Source: Paramecium tetraurelia (Eukaryota). Taken from it: a stretch of 64,000 bases of DNA. Location: positions 62,001-126,000 of the forward strand of contig CT868058.1 of the NCBI GenBank assembly GCA_000165425.1, in the 5' to 3' direction. A model generated the notes under the pieces. That model was given only the letters and a program-made list of their open reading frames with translations, made no database searches and was not told the DNA's origin. Every line of letters starts with the position of its first letter. The first letter of the stretch is position 1. Positions 14,221-27,675 of this stretch are shown here, piece by piece. The translations under genes and the position numbers were made by a program.

Positions 14221-15090
14221 TCATTTTGTGAAATCGCTCTTTATTTGATTTATGAGACTATTAAATTATTCGTCCATCTCTGTTTTCTTGCCTTTCTCCA
14301 ATTTTTAGTAATAAGGGAGCAATGTTTTTTAAACTGACTGTAATTGTTAAACTATGACTGAGAGTTCCTTGGGTAATTTCTTAGATGATGAATTAATCTG
14401 AGTTTTTTTGCTTCCAGAAGTCCCATTATTCGATAATTTTAGATTCTCTTTAGCTGCCTTTTTAGTCCCTGAGAAGGCATCACTTTCTAAGTTTAATTAA
14501 ATTAATTCTTACTTGACAACGCGCCTACATATAATGAACTTGTCTTCTTGTGGTTAGAATTGTATTATTGCGTCGTAGGTAATTTGGATGTTGATTAATT
14601 AATCTCAAATAACTATATAGGTTTAATCATTATTTCTTCTGGCTTCAATGGACTTACTTCTCTTGTTTCTGGTATCTCCTCTAACATTTTAGCTTCATAT
14701 ATATGTACCAATAACAAAGCTTTCATTTTTCTGTGTTGTAGAATGATAGTGAAATGATTGGGATATGTTGGTCGGAGTGGTTTATGTAATCGATTTATGT
14801 CTTTGCCAAAGGTCGATGAGTTATTCCACATTCTAATTTGCTTATTTGAGTTTGACTGTGAAACTAGTTTGTATGAATGGTTTACCTCTATCCACAGAGA
14901 GAGCCTTGGAACTTTATCTTGATTGATTTAAATTGAGAACTAAAGGTTGGGGATTTACCTTATAATCCGTTCTTAAATAATGGCTATTGAATATTTGAGG
15001 ACATTGAACTTAATGATTGTTCATAACAGCTACAAAATTAAAATTAATTATATCAACATAAAACACATCCTCAGGGTCATTTATTAATCA
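14221..15090 (-). CDS. hypothetical protein (start uncertain)
   Basis: The frame is continuous across 3 tiny introns to TGA at 14221; the 5' end is not resolved. Confidence 0.55.
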
Positions 15091-15253
15091 TTCATTCTGA
15101 GTTAACCCCAATAATGCCTGAGAATGGGCAAACCTAAGAAGAAATGGTTAGTTAAATAAGAATGATGAAAACTGAGAGTAAAAATGTCAATCTTAGGTTG
15201 GAATGGTAAATAAGAAAAGAGGAAATGATAATAATTTAAACATATAATAAAGT

Positions 15254-16479
15254 TCATAATTATTTCTTTTTATAATTTGGAGTTCCTTATTGCGATTTGA
15301 TTAATTAGTTTGGGGTTTTGTGTCGAACATTTAAGCTTTGAATCGAACTTCTTATCTCTTCCATGTTTTTGAGATTGAATTATAATGTAGTTCTACCTTT
15401 AACAAAAAAATTGTTAGTTTATTATGAAGTAGGTTTCTTTTTGGTTAACAAATTGTTGTTGATAGCAATTTTGGTTGAGAATACTTTTTTGGCTAATTCA
15501 AATAATAATTCATTTTGTTATGGATTGTTTCTGGCAGTGGTTTAACAGGATTTAGTTAAATCGATGTTACCCAAAGAAGCTTGTCTTGATTTAAGTTAAG
15601 GAGGTCTTTTAGTAGTGGCTGTGGTTGTTGTAATTGTTGTTTATTATTATGTTTATTTTAGTGTTTCATTTTTTAATTTAGTATTTGATGATTGTCTAGA
15701 CAATTATTGGGATTTTAGATTGCGTTCAGTTAAGGGTGGTGATTTAATAAGTTTGGTTTTATTTTCTTTAGGTTTTGCTGAGTTGAGTTCTAGTTATTTA
15801 CACTGAAGTTTTTAGGCTTCAATGACTGGGTTGATTTATTTTTGAATGAACTAGTTGTAATTGAGGATTTGGAAGGGTTGAGGTTTTTGGGCATTATTTC
15901 CAATCATTTTAACAAGATCTTTGAGAATGGTGGAATTACTCGAAATGTCGGTTTGAGTGGATTCAATTTTCAAATCTTTTAATAAGTTCTTCATTTAACT
16001 GACTGATTGATCCTCAGAAGTATCCTTGATTTTACGAGGAGAATCCTATTGAGTATTTTTAGGATTTTAACAGAGACCCAATTCTTGCTTAATTTTCAAA
16101 TACTAATATTCCCTGTTTTTCTCCATCCTCTTGTTGATTGTTTTTGAGCTGAAATTTCTTGGTATGTTGATGTGATATTTATAGTATTCAAGTAGGGCTG
16201 GCAATCGATCATCACTTTCGAAAAAACGGTAATATCTAGATCAGTTGGTTGAGGGTACCTCCGCATGTACTCATTTTGATCATTGAAGTGCAAATGATCT
16301 TTATAATGAATGGTGCATTTCACGGATCGATCGTCGATTATGTCATTAATGTCTTTCTCATAAAAGAAGTTTTGTGATTGAGAGTATTTGCAATACAAGG
16401 CTCTCTTGAGTATAAGGTGAAAAGACCCGTCATTTCGTAGTTTTTCGCAAAACATGCACTTCCTTTAATTAACTAACAT
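15254..16479 (-). CDS. hypothetical protein, paralog of 9253-11206
   Basis: KYSQSQNFFYEKDINDII...NEYMRRY followed by a Q/S/T/K-rich tail; TGA at 15254. Confidence 0.8.
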
Positions 16480-16556
16480 TTATTAATTATAATGAGTCAA
16501 GAGAAAGAAAAAAAGGAGATGTAATATTAAATATCTTGAATATATAATTTATATTT

Positions 16557-17735
16557 ATGCAACCAAATTCAATTAGTTCTCCGAAATTCAAAGTGAGTCG
16601 TTTCAATCCTCATCGAGAACATTTGAAAACACAAATTGCACACACTTCTTTGCTTACTTTAAAACCTAGGGCATCCTTGCCCAAAATCTAAAAAAACACT
16701 TCTCAGATATCTTAGAGAAGTGAAATCCCTCTCTTAAAAATGCAAAGCATGGGGTCACCTTTGAGTCAGAGTTATCTCTTGGAAATGGAGAAAGTGTATT
16801 GTGTATGGCATAGTGAAACTGGTATAGTGGGGGGAGAATAGAAAGTATTTAATCCTTAGCATGTTAGAAACATAATTAAGATGCTATTATAGTTTAAAAC
16901 CTGAACAATTATTAGTTGTTTATGGTTTGCGATGGCCATGGATCTTCAGGCCATTTGGTGTCTAACTATGTCTTGAATACCCTAATTCAGTAGATAGAAT
17001 AAGGAATGCAAAGAAATCAATACATGTTGCAATACAACACTTAATTGCACAAGACTGTAATAAAAGGGGCATTTGCCAAAACGTCCAGTCTATTGGATCA
17101 AAGTTCTCTGCCTATATCTAGGAGTGGATGCACATGTAATATGGTGATGTTACTGTAACAAAACATAGTGCCGGCAGATTTGGGCGATTTTTAGTAGGAA
17201 TTTCAAAAGGAATCAGTAGTGTACTGTGCCAATGTTGGAGACAGCAGAGCCATGATGGTAAGCAAGGGAGTCAGAGGAGGGTTGATTACTAATTAATTGA
17301 GTATGGATCATAGATTGGATGTGGTGGAGGAGAGGAATAGAATCAAACAGAAGGGAGGAACTATAGCCTAATTGTAACACAATGGACAATCAGTGGGTCC
17401 ATATAGAGTATGGGTTGGATGAAATGCAGGGGTCAGGATTGGCAATGTCCAGAAGTTTTGGAGATACTCAAATGCAATCAGTGGGAGTTACATCAGAACC
17501 AACCATTTATGAGTCGAAGGTAAGACAACAGGATTTGTTTATGGTGATTGCTTCAGATGGTGTGTGGGAATATATGACAAATTAACAAGTGGCAAAGTTG
17601 GTTTATGAGAAATATGAGTAATAGGATCAGGCAGCTTAGTACTTAATTTAATAGGCTCAGCAATAATGGAAGGAAAATGATGTGGTTGTAGATGATATTA
17701 GTTGTATTGTTGTGTTTTTTAATTAATCATTATGA
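16557..17735 (+). CDS. protein phosphatase 2C (PPM family)
   Basis: VCDGHG, ANVGDSRA, GLAMSRSFGD, IASDGVWE and DDISC motifs. Confidence 0.95.
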
Positions 17736-17760
17736 TAATAATAAAGATAAAATTACACTC

Positions 17761-19262
17761 TCATTATTCATAATAATTTTATTGCGGATTCATGTAGAAG
17801 TCCAGTAACATAGATCTTTACTATTCACTGTTCACACTTATGGAATTCTTCTGATTCAGGAACTCTTTGAACAAATCTTAGTCTATCTTATCGTATTCAT
17901 CTTCATTTGTATCTAATATTAGGATACATTCATAATTTACAGCAACTTTCAATTATTTCCTATCTTCGTTATTTGTAATTGACCAGAGCCTGTTCCTTGC
18001 CTAATTCAACTAACTCAATCAACAACTGTTTCATTAGAAGTCTCTTTTTGTTAACAAGGGTCCTTGGGAAAAGTTTCAATTTGTAAATGCCTTCTGGGGA
18101 TTCGAAATCTGATAGGAGATAATTTGGATTGGACAAGAAGGATTCTGCATATTCTAGAAGGAAGGCTCCACAATCTACATAATTCACTTGTCGAGGCACT
18201 AACAGTTGATAGGCAGGGATTTGTTTGATTGGAGAATCATTGTAATTGACATCAGATTAAATTTTATCACATTGCATTTTATGTAGATACCTTAGGTATA
18301 TATGAATAGTCATACATCTTTATTATTGTAACTAACTTTTAATCTATAATTCCAAAACTATCCAAGTATATGATAACAGAATCCTAAAAAGATTTGCTTT
18401 ATTTATGAGCAATCAAGAGAGACCAATGCTCAGGTAAATTGATGGGAAATAGTAAATATTCTTTCTCAGTCAAATCTTCTTTGACCCATCTCTTTATGTG
18501 TTCATAGGATTGTTTGAAGAGTTCATTTATTCTATGATTGTCATTCTATTAAATTGTCTGCAATTTGTCAAAGGGACATAGTTTCTCCACAAAATAAGTG
18601 TTAAAAATGTAGGTTTTGGATCTTAAGGATTCATCGAGTAATTCGAACTCGATAAATTTTAAATAAAAGTTTATAATTCCATCATTCAAATAATTGGGTG
18701 GATTTAATTTTAAAACATCGTGATATTTGATTTGAATTGTCTTTTTTTGAGTGCCACTTGAAAATTAGAAATTATATTCATAATCCTCTTTTAATTAAGA
18801 GTCTAATTCTAGTATTCTTTCCAGGATCTCCTAATCTTAAAACCTCGCAAATCGCTCCTTCTATTACAACTTGATTTGATCCCACATTTATTGATGCTTC
18901 ATCTATGTCTATCTCTTAGTCCTATCATTTGACTCGAAATTTAAACTAATTATTGATAATTGTACTATTTTGGATCACTATATAATGGTGTTACTAATCA
19001 TAATTAACAAATTAATTTATCAAAATTCTCAAGCGCTCTCCTTATATCTGCTTGCGAAATGAATTTAGGTTCAATCGGTTATTCTTAATCTTCAATCTAA
19101 ACATTGGATCATAGACATTACCTGTTTTTGAACCTTTTGCTTCACCTCTTCCTCTGGCACTTCAAATTCTACCTCTTCTAATATTTTGAAAGCATTCTGA
19201 ATGCCCTACTTGTATTACTAGAAGTAATTGATAATATTTGGCTGCTTTTATTATTCAGACAT
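17761..19262 (-). CDS. Ulp1/SENP SUMO protease (peptidase C48)
   Basis: YLNDGIINFYL, FNTYF, FPINLPEHWSLL, YLDS and PRQVNYVDCGAFLL: catalytic H/D/C plus the oxyanion Q. Confidence 0.93.
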
Positions 19263-19300
19263 TTTAATTTAATAATAATAATTTGTTTTTTATATATTTA

Positions 19301-22300
19301 TCATTAGCCTCTCCTTTTTTGTTATTGTTAAAGCGCCATTAAAAATTAATCAATTCTCGGATACTCAATTCTCTTCTATTCCAACTACTCCAACTTTCTT
19401 GGATCCTTTGAAGTCAAAAACTCCCTCAGAATTGCCTTCTCCTATTCGTTCATCATTGCAATCAACTCTGCCAATTCATTTGGCTACTGCTGTTGTTGTA
19501 CTTATGGCTGTTACACTGGCGGTTGCTACGAAATAGAGTGTTAGGGATGCAAATGCATCATAGGTTATTGCAGACCTGGCTGTTGAATTTGTTATTAGAT
19601 TTAAGGAGGCTATACTTATTACATTGGAGGAGCCATCTGACTAGGTAATTAACTGCCCATTTGAGCAGACATTTAAGGCTTTCATATTAAATATAATTGA
19701 ATACCATATACATGGGGATTTAAGGAATTGGATAAGGCTAATGGATGGGTTGTTGCATGGCCTATTACTATTATATTTGCTATTATTGTTGCTACTGAAT
19801 GCCACTCTATTATTAAATCGGTTACAATGGATGCATATTAAAATCTTGTCTTCTTGAAAGTCGTGGATCTTCCAATTGATGGAAAGTAACAGGAGGAGCT
19901 ATCGAATCCAACTATTAAGTATTTCATATATATTTACTAGATTGTAATTGCTGTTTGCATTTTAAGGCCGAATCGGAATTACAGGAGTGCTGTTTATAGG
20001 ATTTTGGTGAGGTTACACATTGGGTTGCTACAATGGGAACATCATTTCTGGCTTATAAAGAGGAGGGGGAGCTTCCACTGTTGGTGTTCTAATAGGAATA
20101 GGAACTGCAGGTCTTATTTGTTCTAAAGTAGGTTGAACTGTTGATATCTTGGCAAACCCTATTCTATCCTTGGAAATCATGGGTTGTCTAATCTATAGAG
20201 ACATAATGTCATTTATAATTGTTTTTGGATATGCTGGTATTTCCAATGGAACCATCTTGAAAATTTTATCTCTATAGAGCACTTCTGGGAATAAGAATGT
20301 GTTTGATTGAGTTGGGGGTTCTTTTTTCAATTCTTTAAATGCCAATTTCCATGGGGTCACTTCACTTACTGTGAGTGATTAGTATTTCAACATTTTATCA
20401 CCTTCCAAAACAGTTGATTTGAAGAAGGAACTCAAGACCTACTGTTGCTTTACTTTAGATTGCTATTGTTAAATCTTTTCTTGTATTAATTAAAAGACAA
20501 CTTAGTGTGAGCGTGGTTCACTGGGCAATGTTACATTTTGATCCTTAATTTCTTTGTTGTTGGATTCGATTTATTTCAATAAGTATTGGAGCAATTTTAA
20601 ATGTTTAAGGAAGTAGGGGATGTTGGTCAGTTAATTAGAAAGATTAGTAATGAAATCAACGATGTTTTCCTGTTTGTTAAACAAGAGTGTCTAAATGGCT
20701 CTTTTTCTTACATCTCCTGGGTGAATGACATTATTGGATATAGATACAAATAATCGGAATAGTAAACTGATGAATTGTTCAATAATTGCTGTGTAGACTG
20801 GCTGAAATGGTAAGTTGGTGTAATTGAGAAGAGATTGCTGAACTAAATCTACAATACTATACAATTAGAAAATAGGTTTAGCTTTGTAAGGATTTTAAGT
20901 GTAATCAGAATATAGGAGGATATTTTGACCAACGATGTTCTTCGAAGTACATTCCAAGATCTCGATGATTAATTTAGATGATATTAAATTCAGATGATAG
21001 TATTCTTTGGAATCTTCTGAGTATTCAATATGCTTTACTAAATTCTTAGCCAAACTTTTAAGCAAATCCTACAAATAGGTGATATGAGGAATGTCTTCGA
21101 TTAAATACTAGTAGGATTGAGATTCCGATTATAAGAATTGACTAACACCGCATTCATGATCTACAGCCTTTTTGAAGATTTGTAGAATTTGATTACGCAA
21201 TGTTACAATCAGTAATTTATAAGCCTTCTCAGTTGGTTACGTGTCACAGTAATCATTTTCAGCATCTATCAATTTGTATATTTTGATCATGTCTTCATTC
21301 AAATGTTCATAATTAAATATGTACATGAAACCGCAGTTGCATAGACAGATATCTATAGCTTGAGTTAAGAATAATCCCAAAAGTACCCAATCTTATCGAT
21401 ATTTCAAATAGAGTTATTGATCTTCCTTCTTGGCCAAGGCTTTAATTTTATTGGAATAATTCTTGAGTTGATCTTCAATTATTTTGAACAGATGCTATGA
21501 AATGTTATGATCATACAATTCCAATAGATTTCTTAAGACTTTGAACATTTCATTTTGCAAAGTTGAATCGAATGTTCTTAAAGAAGATTACATCAGATTT
21601 TATAGACATTTTTATTCTCCCATGGTATCAATAAGAAATCCAAGGTCTCCATTCTTTGTGTAATTTTCAAATTCGTCATCATTTTTACGCATTGGCTTAA
21701 ACAATACATTGAAGAGGTTATTGCTAAATTATGGTTTATTTTAATTATCTTTAATCAAGTATTGCATCAGATTCAGAATGTACTTTTACTCTTCTTAGTT
21801 TCTGAATGCTGACAAATACAAAGATTAAAATAAAGTCTAGATCTCTTGATTCCCTTGTTAAACATGGATCTTCAATTGTTCATTATCTTCTTCTTAGAAT
21901 GAATTTAGTGTGATAACATAATTGAAGCAATTCCTAAGAATGTTCAATAAACTTTCCACTTTTTATTTGCAACCTCTGAGTCCATTAGGCTAGACCTTTT
22001 ATAAGGACACCCATAAATCGATGAGGATCTTACATAAGTCATTGGAATGGAATGAACTCTCGCAGCCCAATTATACTCTGAATTTCAATCTTTCTTAGAT
22101 CAATTCTATAGTATTGTAAGTGAGATCAAAATAATGTCTCAAGATCTACTATTAATTTGGTAACTTAATCAACATATATTCAGTTTATATGTTTTTTGAA
22201 GTCATGGCTGAAAATAAATTAATCAATTTTCCAGCAAAGCATTCCACTCCTGCTATCACTTCATGTTCAAAGAATGGAATGAAATAAAACTTATTACAGT

Positions 22301-24964
22301 CACACAACCATTTAAATATTTTGATTGCTCCATCTAAAAACTGTAAACTTTAATAAGGTTAATCAAATGTTCCCAAGAGTCTAAATTCAGATTTCAATTC
22401 CTCATGAATTCCTTTCTTGTGTTCTCCCACTCCAAAATATTCCTTCAACTTATTCTTATCAGGATCTTGATTGATTGCAACAAATTTCAACTTAGCATGA
22501 AAGGACTCCCTAATAGCTTTAGTTGTATCTTTGGCCAAAAATAATTCGTAAGGTTCTAATACTCCAGATAATAGGATTTGTGATAATCTAAAATCTGCGC
22601 TGAATCTGGATTTCTCTGTGTTGATGAACTTAATAAAGCGAGCATTGGGGGCTAGAAGTCTATCAGCCAAAAATAGTCCATTATGTGTATCATTGTACCT
22701 TAGAACTATGATTATTTTCAAAATTTACTATTGATGAAGATATGAGACTAGATTGTAATTTCAACTTCATGTTCAATTATGTCATCCAACTTTGTTACTG
22801 ACATGATATACAATAAGGCTTCACTGAAGAATTCATTATTCATCAAATGAGTAACAGCTGCACAATTCTGAGTTATTTCATCTTATTCTTCAGTGTATTA
22901 TTACAATTAACCTAACAATGATATCAATTCATAATCATAATCAGAACCTAATAGTTTAATGTAAATTTAATCCATTAAATTGATCAAAACTAATGATGAT
23001 TTTATTAAATTTAATAATTATATATCATTGTTTTTGGTTAAGACTCTTATTATCAACTTTAGGGCTGTAGTCTCCTGACAAATAACCACTATGCCCCCCT
23101 TAATTTATAAGATGCGATAAATCAACTAACAACACTAACTATAATTCTAACCAAGCACCATCATAGCAGCAATATACTTCATAAATTACATCTACTTAAA
23201 CCACATTGCATTTGCATATGTTATACATAATTCCTTCATCTACAATATCTCCTTAACCAACTTAAAATTGGCAGTCTTCGTCTTCTCTGCATCAAACAAA
23301 CAGTACATCAATTCCCTCTACTTATCACAATAAAAGTCCTTCTAAACAGCAAACAGAAACAAATCCAGTCCCACAAGATTCTCGAATTCCCACTGATATG
23401 GTAGATTATTCATTAAGAACTCCATGGTTCCATCCTCAGTAAATGCCAATTTCCCCTAATAAACCAAATCAATCATGTTCTTCAACTTCCTAAATCTCAC
23501 ATAAATCTACAATCTGTTCAAAGCCACATGACATGCTTAAACGATCTTCTCGTCTTCGTTTTTTGATGCCGTATAAGCCAACAGTTGAAACCCATTAAAA
23601 TTGCTCACTTATTCACTTGTAAACTGCTGCTACTCCTGAGTTATCGATTTACTCTTACTCCTACTCCTGCTTCTACTCTTCTTCTTATTCTTCTTCTTCT
23701 TGCCCTCCTTGTTCTCCTTCTTCTTCTTCTCTTTATCCTTCTTCACTTTCTTCTTCTTCTTCGGTGATTTCTCAGAATCTTGTGTTTTGATCTCCACATT
23801 TCGAGTAATCAATTCATTACAAAATTCAACATGATTCATACAATTATACAAAGTCTCAATCACCTTCAATTTGAAGTAGCTGGGGGATTGTTGTTTCTCA
23901 ATCAGAAATTCCAATAACTTATTTAAGCCTCCCTTATCCAAAAATAATAAGGCATGGTATTTTGAACTGAATAATTAAATGATAATTGGAAATGCTCTTA
24001 TGGCTGAAGAATAGGATGCGTTGATTGCAAAGATCACAGAATCCACAAGTGAAGTAGGGAGCAATTTGTAAATACGATCAACATCATTGAAATGCGCAGC
24101 TGAATGGATGTCTGCCTTTGAATGTTTTAAATGTTTAGTTAAAACTCTATGCATTTATTCCAATTTCTCATGATACAATGACACCAATTGCTTATCTACA
24201 AAATCATAGTCTTAATCTATTGATTTCAATTCCTTAGCCAATATTTCTATTTATTTTTATGACTCCTATTAATTGAACTGTTTATCTTCAAGTAATAATT
24301 ATGGTTGAATATTGTCAACACATAAATGGTAATTCTCTTGGTTGTAAATGTGATCCAAAACTTGATTCCTCTACTTAATGATCTGCTAATAGATTTTGTT
24401 ATCAACTGGTTAAGTAATTGCGCGTACTCTTTAAATTCTGGCATCAATTACATCATTCAACTCCTGTAATCCAATATTCTTACCATAAGTAGGATTGTAA
24501 CTTTGAATCGATTGTCCTGACATGATTTCACCATACATGCAAATTGTAAGTCGTTTATATTGTCCTCTAAACACAATAAAATCGGTGATTTACTATAATG
24601 AGAATATATAAAATAATACTGGCTATTCGAGTGTGATGAGGATATCACAATTGTTGGAAGAGATTTCAGGACTTCCAAAGAGAAGTTGATATCTAGATTA
24701 TGGTTTGTTGGTCTAATATGATTTAGCAAAAATCTCCAAATTACGTATAGGCTCTTCGCTTTGAGTAATTGTAATTAATTTTTTGAGATTCTAATGCACA
24801 TTATAACCTGGTTTGACAATTCTGATCAACTAGACTTTGACAAGTGATTAAAATATGATTTCATCACACACCTTTCCTTCTTTAACTTTCTATCTTGTTT
24901 GGTTCTAACCACTTTCCAAATGCTCTAAGTTATCGAAGTATAACAATTATACAAAGTGATCCAT
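19301..24964 (-). CDS. Virilizer/VIRMA-like protein (~1850 aa)
   Basis: N-terminus LLYFDNLEH...DEIIFQSLVKVQLIRIVKPG..VH...ITDFIVFRGQYKRLTICMYG resembles the VIR_N pattern as recalled; helical body, K/RS-rich insert and P/Q-rich C-terminus. Confidence 0.65.
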
Positions 24965-25035
24965 AGGATAACTCATTATCAAAAGATTTTTAATTAAAAT
25001 AAATAAATGACTTCCTTTAATTAGAAGTAAAAAAA

Positions 25036-25612
25036 ATGCTTAACGAGATCAAGGAAATGGCTTAAAAATAGAAATTTGGAATTGAAAGATTTTATGAAGG
25101 CAAGGAGGTTATGGTGAAAGAGAATAAGATAACGATTGATTTTGATCAATCAATCTAACTTTTTTTGAAGCAATTTCATAGTTATAATCAATAAAATTAT
25201 ATAATAGTTTTAGAAATTAAACTCAAAAGCTTTTAGATGCAAGGGGAAATTGACTTTTTTTTCATAGAAAGGATGTGATGATTTAAAGAATAAGATAAAG
25301 GTATTCATTCCAAAATAATGTGGCAAAAATTCATTTTATATGAGAACTTCATCTCCAAATCTGAAGATATTTGACAAAGCTATGATCAATTAAAATATGA
25401 ACATGTTTACATTCACAAAAGAGGAAGGTAATTTCGCTGACTTGGCAAAGATTGATTACCTTTTGTTGATTTTGGCCAGATGATTAAATGCAAGTTTCAT
25501 AGGAATATAATTCTCATATATAAAAGAGGCTTAACTCACAAACATTATAATGACATTGTAAAGTGTTTTTTCAAATATAGTAAATGGCTGATTAAGATTT
25601 GCCTTAATATGA
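25036..25612 (+). pseudogene. disrupted gene remnant next to the tandem array
   Basis: MLNEIKEMAQKQKF... is open for ~80 codons, then TGA and frame breaks; identity unknown. Confidence 0.35.
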
Positions 25613-25847
25613 ACTTATTTTAAGTGTAAAATTTATTCAATATTTAGTACCAAACTTTACAATAAAATTTATCAATCAGTAATTTAATTAGAGTACAATT
25701 TAAGGTCATGTAACTGCTAAGGCAATAAAAATTTAATAAGGCTAATCTATCAATTTAATTAAACAATAAGAAGACATGTAATCAACAAACTTGGAAATAG
25801 AAATATGAAATTTCAATTTATCATCAAACATGCTATAATATTTAATT

Positions 25848-27061
25848 TCATTCAAAAATTATTTAATAAATCTCACATTCAATAACATTTGGTTCTAGAG
25901 CCCCAAATAGATGTGGTGAATTTTTTGAGGTATCAAGACCTTAAGGGGCTTGGTATGAAACTCCCAATCTAGAATACCCTGATTTGAAATCAGGTCTTAT
26001 TAGTATATCTTAATCACTATTGCCAGTACCTCCAAATATAAGATATTATGTTAAAGAAAAATAATGTGTACAGGCTCCCATAGCTTATTTAATTGGATAA
26101 ATTTATGATAAAGTCTTAGAAAATATAAATGAAGGATTTGCTGCAGTTGCTCCAGAATACTGGCTATCATTCCAAATGTATGGAGTAAATGCACCAAATT
26201 CAGTACAACCATTATTTGATGATTTAAAAAACCAAAGTAAATTTTCCTTGCTGATTATGGCAGCCTTAATTGCATCAAATGTTAATCCATTTTCTCTACT
26301 TCTATAAATTGGCTATTTTTTTATAATTTATCTCTTAACATTTTTTGAAATAGTACTCATTATTAAATGGTTAAAAGGGTTTGCAATTCTTAAATAATCT
26401 ATTTCAGCCTTATTGATGTAATTAAATAATTCTTCGAATTTTTGGCTTTTAATAATTCTAAAATAAATACAATAAATTACTTTTTGTTCATATTTTCCAA
26501 AATTTGATCCAAGCTTTCTAAATCTTTTTATGCAGACGTTTAGTTTATAGATTATATAGATTAAAAGTAATGGTAAAATTTATTTTGTAACTCTTAGATA
26601 ACCTCATTCGTAATACCCTTATCCTGATTTGTAAGTTATTAAAAAAGTGATTTAAATTCATCTTTTTTAATTACCTAATATTATAATATCTAAATACATT
26701 AATTAAATTAGTTTATTATTACACTAATTCTGATTACCATATTGCCAATTCAGCTAATAACTATTCAATTTTTTGTTTTATCAAATTCATTTTTATTTTT
26801 TAATCGTTTAAAAATTGAGATATAACAGTTTTTTCTCTAACATCAGTAAATTAAAACGTATTTTCTGGATGATCATAGACCTAAAATTATTGATTTTTTA
26901 ACTTAGATAAGATCCACAATATTACTAACATCTGAAATTTATTATGTCTAAATTAAATTAAGAAGACAGCTGCCACAAATAAGCCTTGCATTATGGGCGC
27001 TTAATTCTAGTAAATTTAGGATTTAATAGCTATGAATTGGACAGAATGGTAGATTATACAT
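25848..27061 (-). CDS. Zn-finger(B-box-like)/coiled-coil/TLDc protein, copy 1
   Basis: CPIH..LICGSC; TLDc IYRSRENG..FGAFTP..SFIFS..IFGG..HLFG..ECEIY; introns of 22, 23 and 23 nt leave 382 codons in frame. Confidence 0.9.
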
Positions 27062-27247
27062 TTTTGAATTCTATTACTAATTGATATTTTTATTAATGAA
27101 TATTCGAAATATTACTTTAAAGATTTATAATTAATGGAATTCTAACATTATGAGAGTTTACAATAGATAATGGAAATAAGAATTATAACAAGTTTATTAA
27201 GGTGAAAGAATAATAATATTTATTATTATTCAAAACTTTAATAAACT

Positions 27248-27497
27248 ATGTAAGGAATAATTGAGACAGATCCAAAAATTATATTGGAATTTATAACTAA
27301 AGAGAATTGATTTGCTATGCTTAATTAACACTACAAAATTTATAGTCACAACCGATTGCTTTTAAAGTAAATGATCTTTTGATGAGTTTAGATTAAAACT
27401 ACAGTTCCTTAAATGTTTTAAGTAAAACCCAGTGTTGGTTTTATAGAGGCCGTTCGATCAACGATTGTGGGATATCTACAACCTATGCAATAGGATA
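27248..27497 (+). pseudogene. truncated VAP 5' fragment A (frameshifted)
   Basis: Matches 30807-31057 with a 1-nt deletion (TTTGCTATG vs TTTGCTCATG); ends at the duplication junction. Confidence 0.85.
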
Positions 27498-27675
27498 TTC
27501 TTATAATTCATTCAATTTAGCTTTACAATTTAAGGTCATGTAACTGTTAAGAAGGCAAATAATCCAATTCAATAAGGTTAATTAATCAATTGAATAATAA
27601 AAAGCATGCCATCAAAAAACTTGGAAACAGAAATATAATTTTTTAAAATATTATTAAATTTCCTATAAATATGTC

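Noticed and set aside
14951..14969. Apparent 19-nt intron near 14940-14960
   Set aside because: The frame reads straight through without splicing (QGKSPTFSSQF).
23585..23767. Leu-rich plus-strand ORF, and similar antisense ORFs in the track
   Set aside because: It is the shadow of the Lys/RS-rich segment on the minus strand.
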